Shown in pieces: positions 63,081 to 64,000 of a stretch of DNA of 64,000 bases. The notes under the pieces were generated by a model, which did not search any database, had not been told where the DNA came from, and saw nothing but the letters and a program-made list of their open reading frames with translations. Position numbers and translations under genes: made by a program. The stretch is taken from NCBI RefSeq assembly GCF_964355755.1, contig NC_092676.1:14278871-14342870 (forward strand), given 5' to 3'. Numbering within the stretch: position 1 is the stretch's first letter; the number at the start of each line of letters is the position of its first letter. This stretch comes from Antedon mediterranea (taxonomy: Eukaryota; Animalia; Echinodermata).

Positions 63081-64000
63081 TTTTTCACTGTCTTCTCCAT
63101 CCACTTCTTCACGGTCTTATACAATGTTTGGTGTTCTAGAGGTAATTTTATAATCATTGGTGCTTTGGTCATCCTCTGGAAATATCTGTACTCCTAAAAA
63201 ACATTAAAAAAAATAATCATTTAGTTTCATGAATTGTAAAATATCTAAAGAGATTTTCCAAGGTGTGATATATAGGCCTATAGTTCAATATTATTATTAG
63301 ACTCCTCCAAGATGACATACAGATCTTTAAAAAAAAAATGTATTGTAACATGTACTGAATACTGGAATGAAATTTCTTTCCAGGAGAATAAAAAATAAAA
63401 TTACCTTTATCAAACATACGTGTCTTGAATTGAATACTTAAATTAGACGTCTTTACTTTAGGCTGCTTATGTTGCAACAATCGCAATGAACAACAATTGG
63501 GTCCGTCTGGAAAGGAAGGACATTGTTGAGATAATAAAATTACATTTAAAATAAAGTAAATACATTTCTATATTTGGTTGCTCATTGCATAATTTATTTA
63601 TATTTATCAAGTGTTAATTTGTTCCCAATTTACTTAAACATTAAATGTTAATTGTAATCTTACCTGTACTTCTGCAACAGCTGTGTTATTTTCATCATTT
63701 GTAGTTTCAACTGATGATATCATGTCATCAAAGTCCATGTTGTCATTCTGTAGTAGTAGAGGAATTTCTTGCAACACCTATCCATAAATAAATAAACAGT
63801 AATTTATTATCCAATAATTATTAACGGACTACAGACTCAAAAGTTTATCTAAATTTGAATAGACTACCAAAAATGTACAGGCTAGTTAGGTAAGTCTAGG
63901 CTAATAGTAATACGAATCGTGTAGGTAGTGTAGGCTAGAAAGTAGTAGGCCTAGAGTAGGTAGGGTGTAGTAGGCCTAGCTAGTAGTTAGTATCCTAGCT

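Larger units (their letters stand above)
57293..63777 (-). pseudogene. Intron-rich Kolobok transposase pseudogene
   Basis: Approximate exons 63777-63664, 63193-62893 (poly-Glu), 62754-62342 (GDGRCDSPGHSAKYG), 62277-62078 (TDRH, DIWHIAK), 58280-58035, 57946-57773 (TSKLEAFHS), 57679-57552 (AALHYNEN) and 57459-57293 (PPPLC..RP..HRTRF). Frameshifts are present. Confidence 0.88.
45658..64000. mobile_element. Second, decayed Kolobok transposon (right end beyond the window) hosting nested insertions
   Basis: TTAA|AGACCCCTTCCC left end; KolX exon 1 at 45992-46110 and C-terminus at 57211-57312; multi-exon transposase on the minus strand from 57293. Confidence 0.85.

Noticed and set aside
62910-63197. 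Poly-Leu/poly-Pro ORF on the plus strand
   Set aside because: Antisense reading of the (GAG)n acidic linker of the transposase pseudogene.

Overview
AT-rich, intron-containing animal DNA, probably a marine invertebrate deuterostome (echinoderm-like; inferred from SINE types and composition, not verified). Three host genes can be assembled from GT-AG exons: the last 8 coding exons of SUPT5H/SPT5 (+), a complete PPP1R2/inhibitor-2 (-, 176 aa) and a complete RPL12 (-, 165 aa). A possible non-coding first exon lies divergent from RPL12. The rest is a dense nest of mobile DNA. (1) An apparently intact Kolobok transposon (TTAA TSD, 15-bp TIR) encodes a THAP-DDE transposase and a convergent KolX/P2X7-ballast-like gene and sits 80 bp upstream of the PPP1R2 ATG. 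(2) A second, decayed Kolobok contains a LINE and an 11-kb foldback element with 147-bp-repeat arms; the foldback itself holds self-nested Helentron-like elements and a solo LTR. (3) A Naiad-type Penelope element and a (TA)n-flanked mini-element each carry a hammerhead ribozyme. (4) A ~365-bp (TA)n-associated concatemeric repeat carries an internal, terminator-equipped tRNA-like gene with an ATC anticodon. Coordinates were counted by hand; no database searches were run.
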